Notes: generated by a model not told the origin, from the letters alone. A stretch of 64,000 nt of DNA from an uncultured Mollicutes bacterium (GCA_900540395.1 UQFQ01000005.1:956-64955), one strand, 5' to 3'; counted from the stretch's first letter, positions 18,395-27,191 are shown. A program made the numbers and translations.

Positions 18395-18395
18395 T

Positions 18396-19697
18396 ATGAT
18401 TGAATATAAAATGGAATTAAATGATGAATTAAAAAGCATTCTCGAAGGGAAAGAAGGAGAAACAAAGCAAAAAATTCTAGAGACTTTAGTTCTTTTCGGC
18501 GATATTTTTGGTGCAAAAAGAATGGTAAAAGTTACTCATAATGAAGGGCATCTTGTTACATCTTTTGGTATTCCTTTACTTAAACCATTATTTAAAACAA
18601 TGGATGAGATTAATAAAGAAGGGATTAAAGCAGAAGGTGGCTTTACATGCGATCCTCGTCCATTAGATTATGATAATGTTAAGTGCAATTTATTAGAAAA
18701 GATTGTTTTCAATAAAATCTTATATGGAAAACAAGAAGATTACGAAAAGCAACTTAAAAAAGCTGGCTTAACTGATAGCGATTCTTTTTCTTGCGCTTCA
18801 TATTTAAAGGAATGTGGTAATAGACCTCAAAAAGGCGACATTTTAAGTTGGGCTGAAAGCAGTGCTGTTGTTTTTGCAAATTCTGTTTTAGGCGCTAGAT
18901 GCAATCGAAATAGTGGAATGCTTGATTTATTTGGCTCGATTATTGGCTATGTTCCTGAATTTGGTCTTTTACTTGATGAAGGAAGAAAAGCAACTTGGAT
19001 TATTGAAGTTAAAACTACAAAAGTACCAGAAGCACAAATTTTAGGTAGCGCAATTGGTATGAAAGTCATGGAAGAAGTTCCTTACGTTTATGGACTTGAT
19101 CGTTTCTTAGGTCACGAAATCGATGATAAAGTTGAGGCTTATTTAAAGGATTTTGGAGCTGCTAGTGCTTCAAATGGTGCTGTTGGACTTTTCCATATTG
19201 ATAGTTTAACTCCTGAAGCTAAAGAATTAAAAGAAAAGCTTATAAAAGAAGGGGCTAAAACCTACGTAATTGATGATGAAGAACTTGAAAGAGTTTATAA
19301 ATCTTATCCAATTATGTGGAAAGATAAAGAAGCTAAAGCAAAGCTTTGTTTTATAGGCTGCCCACATCTTAACTATTATCAACTTAATAAATGGCATGAA
19401 GATATCAAGAAAGCTTTACTTGAAAACCATCAAGAAAAAGTTTCTTGCCAATGTGTCTTAAATACTCCTCCAAAAGTCTTAAATAGATTTATTAAGGAAG
19501 AAAGTGCTAAATATAAAGAATTATATAATATGGGGGTTACTGTTTCTTCAATTTGTCCTTTGATGTATACAAATAATCCACTTACTCACAAAAAAGCGAT
19601 TATTACTAATTCAAACAAATTAAGAACATATTCTATGGCACGTTATTTTAAGGATGAAGAAATTTTAGCAATTCTTGCTGGAAAGAAGGTTTATTAA
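18396..19697 (+). CDS. Aconitase X (AcnX) catalytic/large subunit, DUF521 family
   Basis: The track ORF starts at 18297 inside the previous gene. ATG 18396 follows that gene's stop by 1 nt. Has the FIGCPH motif and conserved Cys residues. Followed by a DUF126 partner. Confidence 0.75.
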   Translation: MIEYKMELNDELKSILEGKEGETKQKILETLVLFGDIFGAKRMVKVTHNEGHLVTSFGIPLLKPLFKTMDEINKEGIKAEGGFTCDPRPLDYDNVKCNLLEKIVFNKILYGKQEDYEKQLKKAGLTDSDSFSCASYLKECGNRPQKGDILSWAESSAVVFANSVLGARCNRNSGMLDLFGSIIGYVPEFGLLLDEGRKATWIIEVKTTKVPEAQILGSAIGMKVMEEVPYVYGLDRFLGHEIDDKVEAYLKDFGAASASNGAVGLFHIDSLTPEAKELKEKLIKEGAKTYVIDDEELERVYKSYPIMWKDKEAKAKLCFIGCPHLNYYQLNKWHEDIKKALLENHQEKVSCQCVLNTPPKVLNRFIKEESAKYKELYNMGVTVSSICPLMYTNNPLTHKKAIITNSNKLRTYSMARYFKDEEILAILAGKKVY

Positions 19698-19698
19698 G

Positions 19699-20139
19699 AT
19701 GAAGGAATTTAAGGGTAGAGTTATTGCTAAAGGTCATTTTATTGGTGAAGCAGCAGTTACACATGCTGGCTTTAATACTTTGGCGAGTTTTCAAAAATCA
19801 GCTTTAATGAATAAAAAGGAAGTTTATGTAAGCGATCAAAATAATAAAGAATTATTTAACAAAAATATCACTGGCAAAATTCTTTGTTTACCTATTACAA
19901 TTGGTTCAACAACTGGAGGATTAGTTATTCAAACAGTTTGTGATATGAAAATTAATCCTCGCGCCTTTCTATTTAGTGAAGAAATTGATTCTTTAGCAGC
20001 AAGTGGCATTGTTCTTGCAAAGGTTTGGCAAAATAGCGATGTCATCTGTATTGATAAACTCGGCAAGGAATTTTTAGATACTGTTAAAACTGGTGACAGG
20101 TTAGAAATTAAAGAAGACGGTACAGTTGTAATTCTTTAA
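19699..20139 (+). CDS. Aconitase X swivel/small subunit, DUF126 family
   Basis: ATG 19699 lies 1 nt after the large-subunit stop, with SD GAAAGAAGG. Has the GKILCLPITIGSTTGG motif typical of DUF126. Confidence 0.75.
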   Translation: MKEFKGRVIAKGHFIGEAAVTHAGFNTLASFQKSALMNKKEVYVSDQNNKELFNKNITGKILCLPITIGSTTGGLVIQTVCDMKINPRAFLFSEEIDSLAASGIVLAKVWQNSDVICIDKLGKEFLDTVKTGDRLEIKEDGTVVIL

Positions 20140-20168
20140 AATACTTAATTATTGCGATGTTTTTATGT

Positions 20169-20198
20169 AGAAGAGCCGGATTTTGGCTCTTCTTTTTG
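20169..20198 (+). terminator. Intrinsic terminator of the reductase-AcnX operon
   Basis: AGAAGAGCC/GGCTCTTCT stem followed by TTTT. Confidence 0.7.
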
Positions 20199-20260
20199 CT
20201 TTAGAAAAACACTAAAAAATTATATGTAAGCGCTATCACGAAAAATATTTTAAAAACCTC

Positions 20261-20309
20261 TTTACATTTGGATTTTGATTACTAAAATATTAGTACGGAA
20301 CCGAACTAA
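20261..20309 (+). promoter_or_regulatory. Promoter plus palindromic operator of the marR-ABC operon
   Basis: TTTACA (20261-20266), 16 nt spacer, TAAAAT (20283-20288). The 20-bp palindrome TTAGTACGG-AA-CCGAACTAA (20290-20309, one mismatch) ends 2 nt before the marR ATG. Confidence 0.5.
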
Positions 20310-20311
20310 TT

Positions 20312-20749
20312 ATGGAAAACTATTTTTGTATGTCACTTAGAGTAATGAGTAACTTCGTTAAGAAGTATATTAACGAAAAGATCGTTGTTTTAGGTCTTAC
20401 TAGTTTTCAATGCGGTGTTTTGAATTATATTAAGCAAAACACTAAAGATGATTCGGTCGTTTTTCAAAAAAATCTTGAAGATTTCTTTGTAACTTCTAAA
20501 AGTTCAATGAGTGATCTTTTATGGTCTTTAGAAAGCAAAGGATTAATTATTAGAACATCTCTTGAAAATGGTGATTCTAGAAAAAAAGAAATCAAATTGA
20601 CAGATGAAGGTAAAAGAATTTCTGACTTAACCGACAAATTTTTAGATGAAGTTGAAGAATTCTTTTTATCAGCCCTTGAAAATGAAGAAAAAGAAGAATT
20701 ATTTAAGATTTTTAGGAAGTTCAATGAAAGGATGGAGAAAAAAGTATGA
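20312..20749 (+). CDS. MarR-family transcriptional regulator
   Basis: 145 aa. Winged-HTH pattern (SKSSMSDLLWSLESKGLIIRTSLENGDSRKKEIKLTDEG). ATGA overlap with the exporter gene. Confidence 0.8.
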   Translation: MENYFCMSLRVMSNFVKKYINEKIVVLGLTSFQCGVLNYIKQNTKDDSVVFQKNLEDFFVTSKSSMSDLLWSLESKGLIIRTSLENGDSRKKEIKLTDEGKRISDLTDKFLDEVEEFFLSALENEEKEELFKIFRKFNERMEKKV

Positions 20750-22593
20750 GTGTTGATGTAAGTGTCGATCCACCAAAGTTTAAATATGGTGAGATGATCG
20801 AAAAATTTGCTACAGCTATTAGAGAGTACAAAAAACCTAGTATCATCGCTGTTATTTTTATCGCTTTTGAAACTCTTTTAGAATGTTTTATTCCTTTTGT
20901 TATGGCTCAACTTATCGATACAATGGGCGACTATGCAACAGTTGGTGATGCAGATGGAATCATTTTAAGAACAGTTTTGATTTATGCGGCAATTTTAGTA
21001 GTATTGGCAACTTGTTCTTTAATATGTGGTATTACTGCTGGTCGTTTTTCAGCAAGAGCAGCAATTGGTTTTTCTACAAATATTAGAAGAGATTTATTTA
21101 AAAAGATCACTGGTTTTTCTTTTAATAATATTGATAAATTCAGCGTTTCATCTCTTGTAACACGTCAAACAACTGATGTTTTCTACATTCAAATGTCATA
21201 TATGATGTGCATTAGAATTGCCTTAAGAGCTCCTTTAATGCTTATCTTCTCAATTACTATGGCAGTTATTCAAACTGCACAAATTAGCTGGGTTTATGCA
21301 ATTACTATCCCAATTCTTGCTATTGCTTTAATTGCTATTATTTGGGTAGTTATGCCAATTTTCGTTAAAGTTTTCAAGAAATATGATGCTTTAAATGAAT
21401 CAATTGAAGAAAATGTTCGTGGTATTAGAGTAGTAAAAACCTATGCTCGTGAAGAATACGAAAAAGAAAAATTCAAAGCCAGAAGTGCCGATATTAAACA
21501 AGGATTTACTAAAGCTGAAAGAATTATCTCTTTAACAAATCCTGCCATGATGGCTTGTATGTATATTTCAATGGCTTTATTAATCTTTATTGGTTCATGG
21601 GCAATTATTAGTGGAATTGAACCTAATGAAGATGGCTTAGCCGTCTTTACTTACATGACTATTGGTCAATTATCTTCTTTAATTACTTATGGTGCTCAAA
21701 TTCTTTCTAGTTTAATGATGATTTCTATGGTCTTTGTTATGATTTCAATGTCAACTGCTTCTATGCGAAGAGTTTATGAAGTTATGACTGAAGTCCCAAC
21801 TATTAAGAATCCTAAAAATGCTCTTACTAAAGTAGAAGATGGATCAATCATCTTTAAAGATGTTAACTTTAAGTATAAAGAAAATGCTCAAAAGTATGCA
21901 TTAAGTAATATTAATTTAACTATTAATAGTGGTGAGATGGTTGGTATTGTTGGCGGAACTGGTTCATCAAAATCAACTTTAGTTAATTTAATCTCAAGAT
22001 TTTACGATACAACAACTGGTGAAGTTATTGTTGGCGGTAAAAACGTTAAAGAATATGACCTTGATACTTTAAGAAATAATGTCTCAATGGTTCTTCAAAA
22101 GAACGTTTTATTTAGTGGTACCATTAAAGAAAACTTAAGATGGGGCAATAAAGAGGCAAGTGATGAAGAAATCGTTGAAGCTTGTAAGATTTCTCAAGCT
22201 GATTCTTTCGTTCAAACTTTCCCTAAAAAATATGATACTTACATCGAGCAAGGTGGATCTAACGTAAGTGGAGGCCAAAAACAAAGACTTTGTATTGCTC
22301 GTGCTATCCTTAAAAAACCTAAGATCTTAATTCTTGACGATTCAACTAGTGCAGTTGATACAAAAACTGATGCTTTTATTAGAAAAGGATTAAGAGAAAC
22401 TTTACCTGATGTTACAAAAATCATCATTGCTCAAAGAGTTTCTTCTGTTCAAGATGCTGATTTAATTATCGTTATGGATAATGGAACAATTAATGGCATG
22501 GGTACACATGAAGAACTTTTAAAGAACAATAAGATTTATAAAGAAATTTATGATATGCAAAATAAGATAGGAGGAGGTGCTCAAAATGCTTAA
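20746..22593 (+). CDS. ABC exporter, fused TMD-NBD half transporter (multidrug type)
   Basis: 615 aa. Six TM segments, Walker A GGTGSSKST, signature VSGGQKQR, Walker B ILILDDSTS. Confidence 0.9.
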   Translation: MSVDVSVDPPKFKYGEMIEKFATAIREYKKPSIIAVIFIAFETLLECFIPFVMAQLIDTMGDYATVGDADGIILRTVLIYAAILVVLATCSLICGITAGRFSARAAIGFSTNIRRDLFKKITGFSFNNIDKFSVSSLVTRQTTDVFYIQMSYMMCIRIALRAPLMLIFSITMAVIQTAQISWVYAITIPILAIALIAIIWVVMPIFVKVFKKYDALNESIEENVRGIRVVKTYAREEYEKEKFKARSADIKQGFTKAERIISLTNPAMMACMYISMALLIFIGSWAIISGIEPNEDGLAVFTYMTIGQLSSLITYGAQILSSLMMISMVFVMISMSTASMRRVYEVMTEVPTIKNPKNALTKVEDGSIIFKDVNFKYKENAQKYALSNINLTINSGEMVGIVGGTGSSKSTLVNLISRFYDTTTGEVIVGGKNVKEYDLDTLRNNVSMVLQKNVLFSGTIKENLRWGNKEASDEEIVEACKISQADSFVQTFPKKYDTYIEQGGSNVSGGQKQRLCIARAILKKPKILILDDSTSAVDTKTDAFIRKGLRETLPDVTKIIIAQRVSSVQDADLIIVMDNGTINGMGTHEELLKNNKIYKEIYDMQNKIGGGAQNA

Positions 22594-24508
22594 GAATAAA
22601 AAACTTCCACCAATTCTTAGAATTGTATTTGGCTATATTTCATTACATAAATTAGCCTTTATTTGTGCCTTAATTTGTGTCTTATTTACTGCTTTTGGTA
22701 ACATTGCAGCTCCTATTGTTTTACAAAATGTTACAAATTTAATCACTAAAACTATTGAACACATTAATGAAACTGGTGATTTTAGTGATAAATTCCATTT
22801 CTGGAATGAAATTGTTACAAATGGTTGCCTTTTAATTGGTGCTTATGTAATTTCAGTTACTGCTGGATTTACTTATTCTCAAATTAACGCAGTTGCTGGT
22901 CAAAAATATATGGACGATTTAAGAAGAGCCTTATTTGACCACATGCAGGATTTACCAGTTAAATATTTTGATCGTAATGATAAGGGCGATATCATGTCAG
23001 TTTATTTAAACGATGTTGATACCATTAGACAACTTATTATTAACTCAATTAGTGAAGTTGAATTCTTTGTTTGTACCTTTGTTTCCGTTATGGTCATGAT
23101 GATTATGTTTAGCGTATGGCTTTGCTTAATTACTATTGTAGCTGGTGTTATCATGGTTTTTGCAACTCGTCACATTGGTGGTCATTCATCCAGAAACTTC
23201 CTTGTTCAACAAAAGAATATTGGTCGACAAGAAGGCTATGTTGAGGAAATGATGAATGGCTTAAAAGTTATTAAATCATTCTGCCATGAAAAAGAAGCTA
23301 TTGCAGGATATAAGGAAATTACAGAAATATTCCGCAAAACCGGCACTAAAGCAAATAGTTATGCAAATATTTTAATGCCAGTTCTTGGCAATATTGGTAA
23401 CATGCTTTATGTTGTTGTTGCAGTAGTTGGGACATTATTCTTTATTTATGATATTCCTAATTTCTCTGGCATGAGTGGACTTTCACCTTTCTCAATTGCA
23501 GTTATTGTTTCATTCCTTCCAATTGTTAGACAATTTACTAACTCAGCTACTCAAATGGCTAACCAAGTTAACACAATTGCTTTAGCTAATGCTGGCAGTA
23601 AACGTATTACTGATCTTCTTGATGAGGAAGTTGAAAAAGACGAAGGCTATGTTACTCTTGTTAGAGGTCGTTATGATTTAAATGGTAATATTGTTGAATG
23701 TAGCGAAAAAGAAGCAACATTATGGGCTTGGAAACACCCACATACAGCTGATGGAAGTGTAACTTATACCTTATTACAAGGCGATATGAGAATGTTTGAT
23801 GTTGATTTTGGTTATAATCCAGACAAGATTGTTCTTCATAACATTACTTTGTATGCTAAGCCTGGTCAAAAAGTCGCTTTTGTTGGTGCAACTGGCGCTG
23901 GTAAAACAACAATTACTAACTTATTAAATAGATTCTATGATATTGCAGATGGAAAAATCAGATATGATGGAATTAATATTAATAAGATTAAAAAGAAGGA
24001 TTTAAGAAGATCCTTAGGTATGGTTTTACAAGATACAAACTTATTTAGCGGAACCATTATGGATAATATTCGTTATGGTAAACTTGATGCAACTGATGAA
24101 GAATGTATTGCCGCAGCTAAACTTGCTAACGCTGATAGTTTCATTACCCGTTTGCCACAAGGATACAATACGTATTTAACCAATGATGGTGGAAACTTAT
24201 CTCAAGGACAAAGACAACTTCTCTCAATTGCGAGAGCAGCAGTAGCTAATGCTCCTGTTATGATTCTTGATGAGGCTACTTCCTCAATCGATACAAGAAC
24301 TGAAGCAATTGTTACAGCTGGTATGGATAACTTGATGAAAGGCAGAACAGTCTTTGTTATTGCTCATAGACTTTCAACAATTCAAAACAGTGACGTTATT
24401 ATGGTTTTAGATCATGGACGTATTATTGAAAGAGGAAGTCATGATGATTTAATTAAACTTAAAGGCGTCTACTATCAACTTTATACTGGTGCTTTTGAAC
24501 TTGAGTAA
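22586..24508 (+). CDS. ABC exporter, fused TMD-NBD half transporter (heterodimer partner)
   Basis: The track starts at GTG 22577. ATG 22586 lies 8 nt after GGAGGAGG. Walker A GATGAGKTT, signature LSQGQRQL, Walker B MILDEATS. Confidence 0.9.
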   Translation: MLKNKKLPPILRIVFGYISLHKLAFICALICVLFTAFGNIAAPIVLQNVTNLITKTIEHINETGDFSDKFHFWNEIVTNGCLLIGAYVISVTAGFTYSQINAVAGQKYMDDLRRALFDHMQDLPVKYFDRNDKGDIMSVYLNDVDTIRQLIINSISEVEFFVCTFVSVMVMMIMFSVWLCLITIVAGVIMVFATRHIGGHSSRNFLVQQKNIGRQEGYVEEMMNGLKVIKSFCHEKEAIAGYKEITEIFRKTGTKANSYANILMPVLGNIGNMLYVVVAVVGTLFFIYDIPNFSGMSGLSPFSIAVIVSFLPIVRQFTNSATQMANQVNTIALANAGSKRITDLLDEEVEKDEGYVTLVRGRYDLNGNIVECSEKEATLWAWKHPHTADGSVTYTLLQGDMRMFDVDFGYNPDKIVLHNITLYAKPGQKVAFVGATGAGKTTITNLLNRFYDIADGKIRYDGININKIKKKDLRRSLGMVLQDTNLFSGTIMDNIRYGKLDATDEECIAAAKLANADSFITRLPQGYNTYLTNDGGNLSQGQRQLLSIARAAVANAPVMILDEATSSIDTRTEAIVTAGMDNLMKGRTVFVIAHRLSTIQNSDVIMVLDHGRIIERGSHDDLIKLKGVYYQLYTGAFELE

Positions 24509-24534
24509 TTTAATATTTTAATCTTTAAAAATAT

Positions 24535-24571
24535 AAGAGTAATTGCTTGTTTGCAGTTACTCTTTTTTTTC
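24535..24571 (+). terminator. Intrinsic terminator after the ABC exporter operon
   Basis: AAGAGTAATTGC/GCAGTTACTCTT stem followed by a T-run of 7 or more. Confidence 0.7.
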
Positions 24572-24708
24572 TATCTTAAACACTTAAGAAGCAATAAATG
24601 CCTTATTTATCGTATTTTTTAATTTGAAAATGGGATTTTTTGTAGCGAATTTTCTTTTCTTGTTTTAATTTTTCTTTCATAAAACCTTTAACTTTTCAAA
24701 TTTAAAAA

Positions 24709-24791
24709 GTTGGAAAAATGCAAAAAAACAATACATTTGAGGTTGGAAAAATGCAAAAAATCAGTATATTTTAGGTTGGAAAAATGCAAAA
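24709..24791 (+). repeat. Three tandem direct repeats, 32-33 bp period, core GTTGGAAAAATGCAAAA
   Basis: The core starts at 24710, 24742 and 24775. The inter-core segments are also related (AAACAATACATTTGAG and AATCAGTATATTTTAG). Confidence 0.85.
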
Positions 24792-24821
24792 GCTCCATTT
24801 TATTGCTATGAAAAATCATTT

Positions 24822-25352
24822 GTGTGGCTCATTGATAGTAATATTGGAGTATTTGTCTATAACGCAAATGAAGCAAAGTTTCCATTACTTGCTAGCAAAG
24901 AGAGAACTTTGTTTAAACTATTTTTATGTGATGTTGGTTTATTAACACATAAACTTTGTAAAGATAATGTTATTAAAATTTTAAATGGAGATGTTAATTT
25001 TAATTTTGGTGCTTTATATGAATCGGCTGTTGCACAAGAACTTAAAGCTAAGGGTTTCAAACTTTTTTACTATAATAATAAAAAAATAGGTGAAGTTGAT
25101 TTTTTGATTGAAATCAATTCGAAAGTAGTTCCTATTGAAGTTAAATCAGGTAAAGATTATAAAAGGCATGCAGCCTTAAATAATTTAGTAAATAATGATG
25201 AACTGAAGATTGAAAAAGGTATTGTCTACAATAACTCAAATTTAAAACAAGTTGGTAAAGTTTTGTATTTACCAATTTATATGATTATGTTTTTAAAAGA
25301 TAAACAAGAATCTAGTTTGATTTATAAACCAGATTTATCGGCGTTAAAATAA
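24822..25352 (+). pseudogene. 5'-truncated remnant of an AAA-ATPase with a DUF4143 C-terminal domain (COG1373-type)
   Basis: Only the C-terminal ~176 aa are present (FKLFLCDVGLL, EVDFLIE, IPIEVKSGK). There is no Walker-type N-terminal half and no SD. The repeat array sits where the 5' half should be. Confidence 0.6.
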
Positions 25353-25410
25353 ATCTTTCTTTAAAGTAAACAAGAAATATTTAACAAGTTGACTCTAAAT
25401 AATTACTATT

Positions 25411-25815
25411 TTAAACAACTTTACAGGTCATAGTTTTTCTTTTTATTAATAGAAGAACTATAGCTAATGCTAATAAAATAACAGTGCTAGATAAGTTGAA
25501 AGGAAGTCCTACAATGATCCAATCAACAGCTATGATGCTTAAATAGATTGCATAAATAAGCATTATTAAAGAACATAGACCTGAAATTATAGAAAGAAAA
25601 ATCATATCTTTTTTAGTTTTAATACTTAAAAAAACAAGAATCCCAATAATTAATATACCTATCACAAAAGGCAAAACACAATATAAGAGAATGTTTTCTA
25701 AATTGATTTCAAAGCCGATTGAAAATCCAGTACGATTAGGAAAACCTGCAAATAGCAAAAGAAACAACGAAACTATAGCAAGAAAAGTAATAAAAATTTT
25801 TCTAACAATACTCAT
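25411..25815 (-). CDS. Hypothetical small membrane protein (about 4 TM segments)
   Basis: 134 aa, very hydrophobic. No recognisable family and no clear SD. Confidence 0.5.
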   Translation of the reverse strand: MSIVRKIFITFLAIVSLFLLLFAGFPNRTGFSIGFEINLENILLYCVLPFVIGILIIGILVFLSIKTKKDMIFLSIISGLCSLIMLIYAIYLSIIAVDWIIVGLPFNLSSTVILLALAIVLLLIKRKTMTCKVV

Positions 25816-25938
25816 GTTTATAATTTAATCAAAAAAACATAAGATGCAAATTTTATTAAAAATCTTGATTATCGGATAGATTATGATTATTTTTATAGTA
25901 ATGGAATTGTTTATTTTGGTGGCTTTTTTACTTCAAGG

Positions 25939-26006
25939 ATTGGAAAAACTCGCTTGGAAAAGTGTAAAAACTCACTAAAAACTCCCTAGGAAAAGTGTAA
26001 AATAAC
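25939..26006 (+). repeat. Second direct-repeat array related to 24709-24791
   Basis: GGAAAAGTGTAAAA occurs at 25956 and 25989, a 33-bp period, with a partial ATTGGAAAAACT at 25939. TTGGAAAAGTGTAAAA differs from TTGGAAAAATGCAAAA by two transitions. Confidence 0.6.
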
Positions 26007-26179
26007 TAAAGAATTAATGAAAAACCGGTAATACAAAAGCAAGCAAGACAATCTTAAATAATTATTCAACTTATAATGTTAAAAAATGCATAAAATTAAG
26101 TGAATATAATATTGGAGAAAGCGATAACATATTAACAATTCCTTATTATTTAGCTTTTCTTTTAAAAGAATAAAACTAT

Positions 26180-26216
26180 AAAAATAAAGGGACTTTTCTT
26201 TCAAAAAGTCCCTTTA
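26180..26216 (-). terminator. Intrinsic terminator of the PfkB kinase gene
   Basis: AAAGGGACTTTTT/AAAAAGTCCCTTT hairpin (26187-26216), with a T-rich tract on the minus strand. Confidence 0.65.
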
Positions 26217-26243
26217 ATTATTTAAAATTAATGAAAAACTCAA

Positions 26244-27191
26244 TTAAAATTCTTTAATTTTATAAACGTCAAAATCGATGGTTTTAGCTTTATCTTTTAC
26301 TTCTTTTTGAGTTAAGAAACCATTGCTTCCGCCAGCTTCACCAATTTTATATGAAGTAAAGACTTCACTAAGTTCAAGAGCTTCTAAACTATCAACATTT
26401 CTTAAGTAGAAGTGGATGAAAGCACTAAATAAGGCATCACGGCTACCGACAGTATTAACGATTTCTCTTAAAGTAATAGCGTCGATATGATAGATAACAT
26501 GTTTTTTAGCATCAAGAATCATAGCGCCTTCTCTTCCTTCGCCAAGAACGATAATTTCGTTATGATATTTTTCATAAATTGAGATTAGGAAGTCTTCATA
26601 GTTAATTCTATCTAAGCCCTTCTTAGATAAAAATAAAATGTCGCTACCTGCCATAAAATCAGCATTATAATCATCATTTACCGTGCCGATAATATGAACG
26701 TCAGTGGCGACTTTTTTGCCAAGTTCTTTAGCTTTTTTAAGAAGTGGTCTATTGAAATTAGAGTTAGATAAAACAACGATATCTGCTTTAGCAAGCTTTT
26801 CTTCTTCCTCTTTAGAAACTTTATCGTTAACTTCTTGAATTTCTTTAAGATCCATGTAGGTTTTAACATTATTATCTCTATCAACTAAAGAAACAGAATT
26901 TGGTGTAGCTTCTAAAGAATCTTTGATTAGTGTTGCATCAATTTTAAGTTTTTTAATTTGATCAACAACGACTTTACCAAGTAAATCTTTCCCAACAAGT
27001 CCGGAAATAATTACTTCATTACCACCAAGTGTTTTAAGTGCTTTGGCTACATTATAAGCTTGTCCGCTAATACCGCTATTGACACCAAAGAATGGGTATT
27101 CAATTGGACAATAAAAAATAGGGAATGAGTCAACATCGATGATGGTTTCAAAATTGACAACCCCGGAAACATAAATTATTTTGTTTTTCAT
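26244..27191 (-). CDS. PfkB-family carbohydrate/nucleoside kinase
   Basis: The track ORF extends to 27248. ATG 27191 (MKNKIIYVSG) is preceded by AAAGGAGAACC. Has the ribokinase-like fold pattern and a C-terminal NTVGSRDAL anion-hole-like motif. Confidence 0.75.
   Translation of the reverse strand: MKNKIIYVSGVVNFETIIDVDSFPIFYCPIEYPFFGVNSGISGQAYNVAKALKTLGGNEVIISGLVGKDLLGKVVVDQIKKLKIDATLIKDSLEATPNSVSLVDRDNNVKTYMDLKEIQEVNDKVSKEEEEKLAKADIVVLSNSNFNRPLLKKAKELGKKVATDVHIIGTVNDDYNADFMAGSDILFLSKKGLDRINYEDFLISIYEKYHNEIIVLGEGREGAMILDAKKHVIYHIDAITLREIVNTVGSRDALFSAFIHFYLRNVDSLEALELSEVFTSYKIGEAGGSNGFLTQKEVKDKAKTIDFDVYKIKEF

Noticed and set aside
18297-18395. Upstream extensions of track ORFs: 18297 (AcnX large), 19675 (AcnX small), 22577, 26244-27248, 28402, 43349, 44898, 4749, 50797, 56972 and 62715
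   Set aside because: In each case the extension overlaps the preceding gene or a terminator and lacks an SD. An internal ATG with a well-spaced SD yields the conserved N-terminus, and the coordinates were adjusted in the feature list.
24600-24680. 25-codon basic mini-ORF on the minus strand (MKEKLKQEKKIRYKKSHFQIKKYDK)
   Set aside because: It is a low-complexity Lys-rich translation of A-rich DNA with a marginal SD and no terminator, so it cannot be distinguished from chance.
24709-24791. Possible mini-CRISPR array (17-nt repeats with 15-16 nt spacers)
   Set aside because: There are only three units. The spacers are too short and are related to each other, which indicates a tandem 33-bp duplication. 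The repeat has no palindromic core, and no cas genes are in the window.
24784-24942. 52-codon ORF starting at the third repeat unit (MQKLHFIAMKNH...), considered as a possible real 5' end of the ATPase remnant
   Set aside because: It is in a different frame from the DUF4143 remnant, terminates after about 52 codons and shows no recognisable similarity. It is more likely a by-product of the duplicated initiation-like motif.
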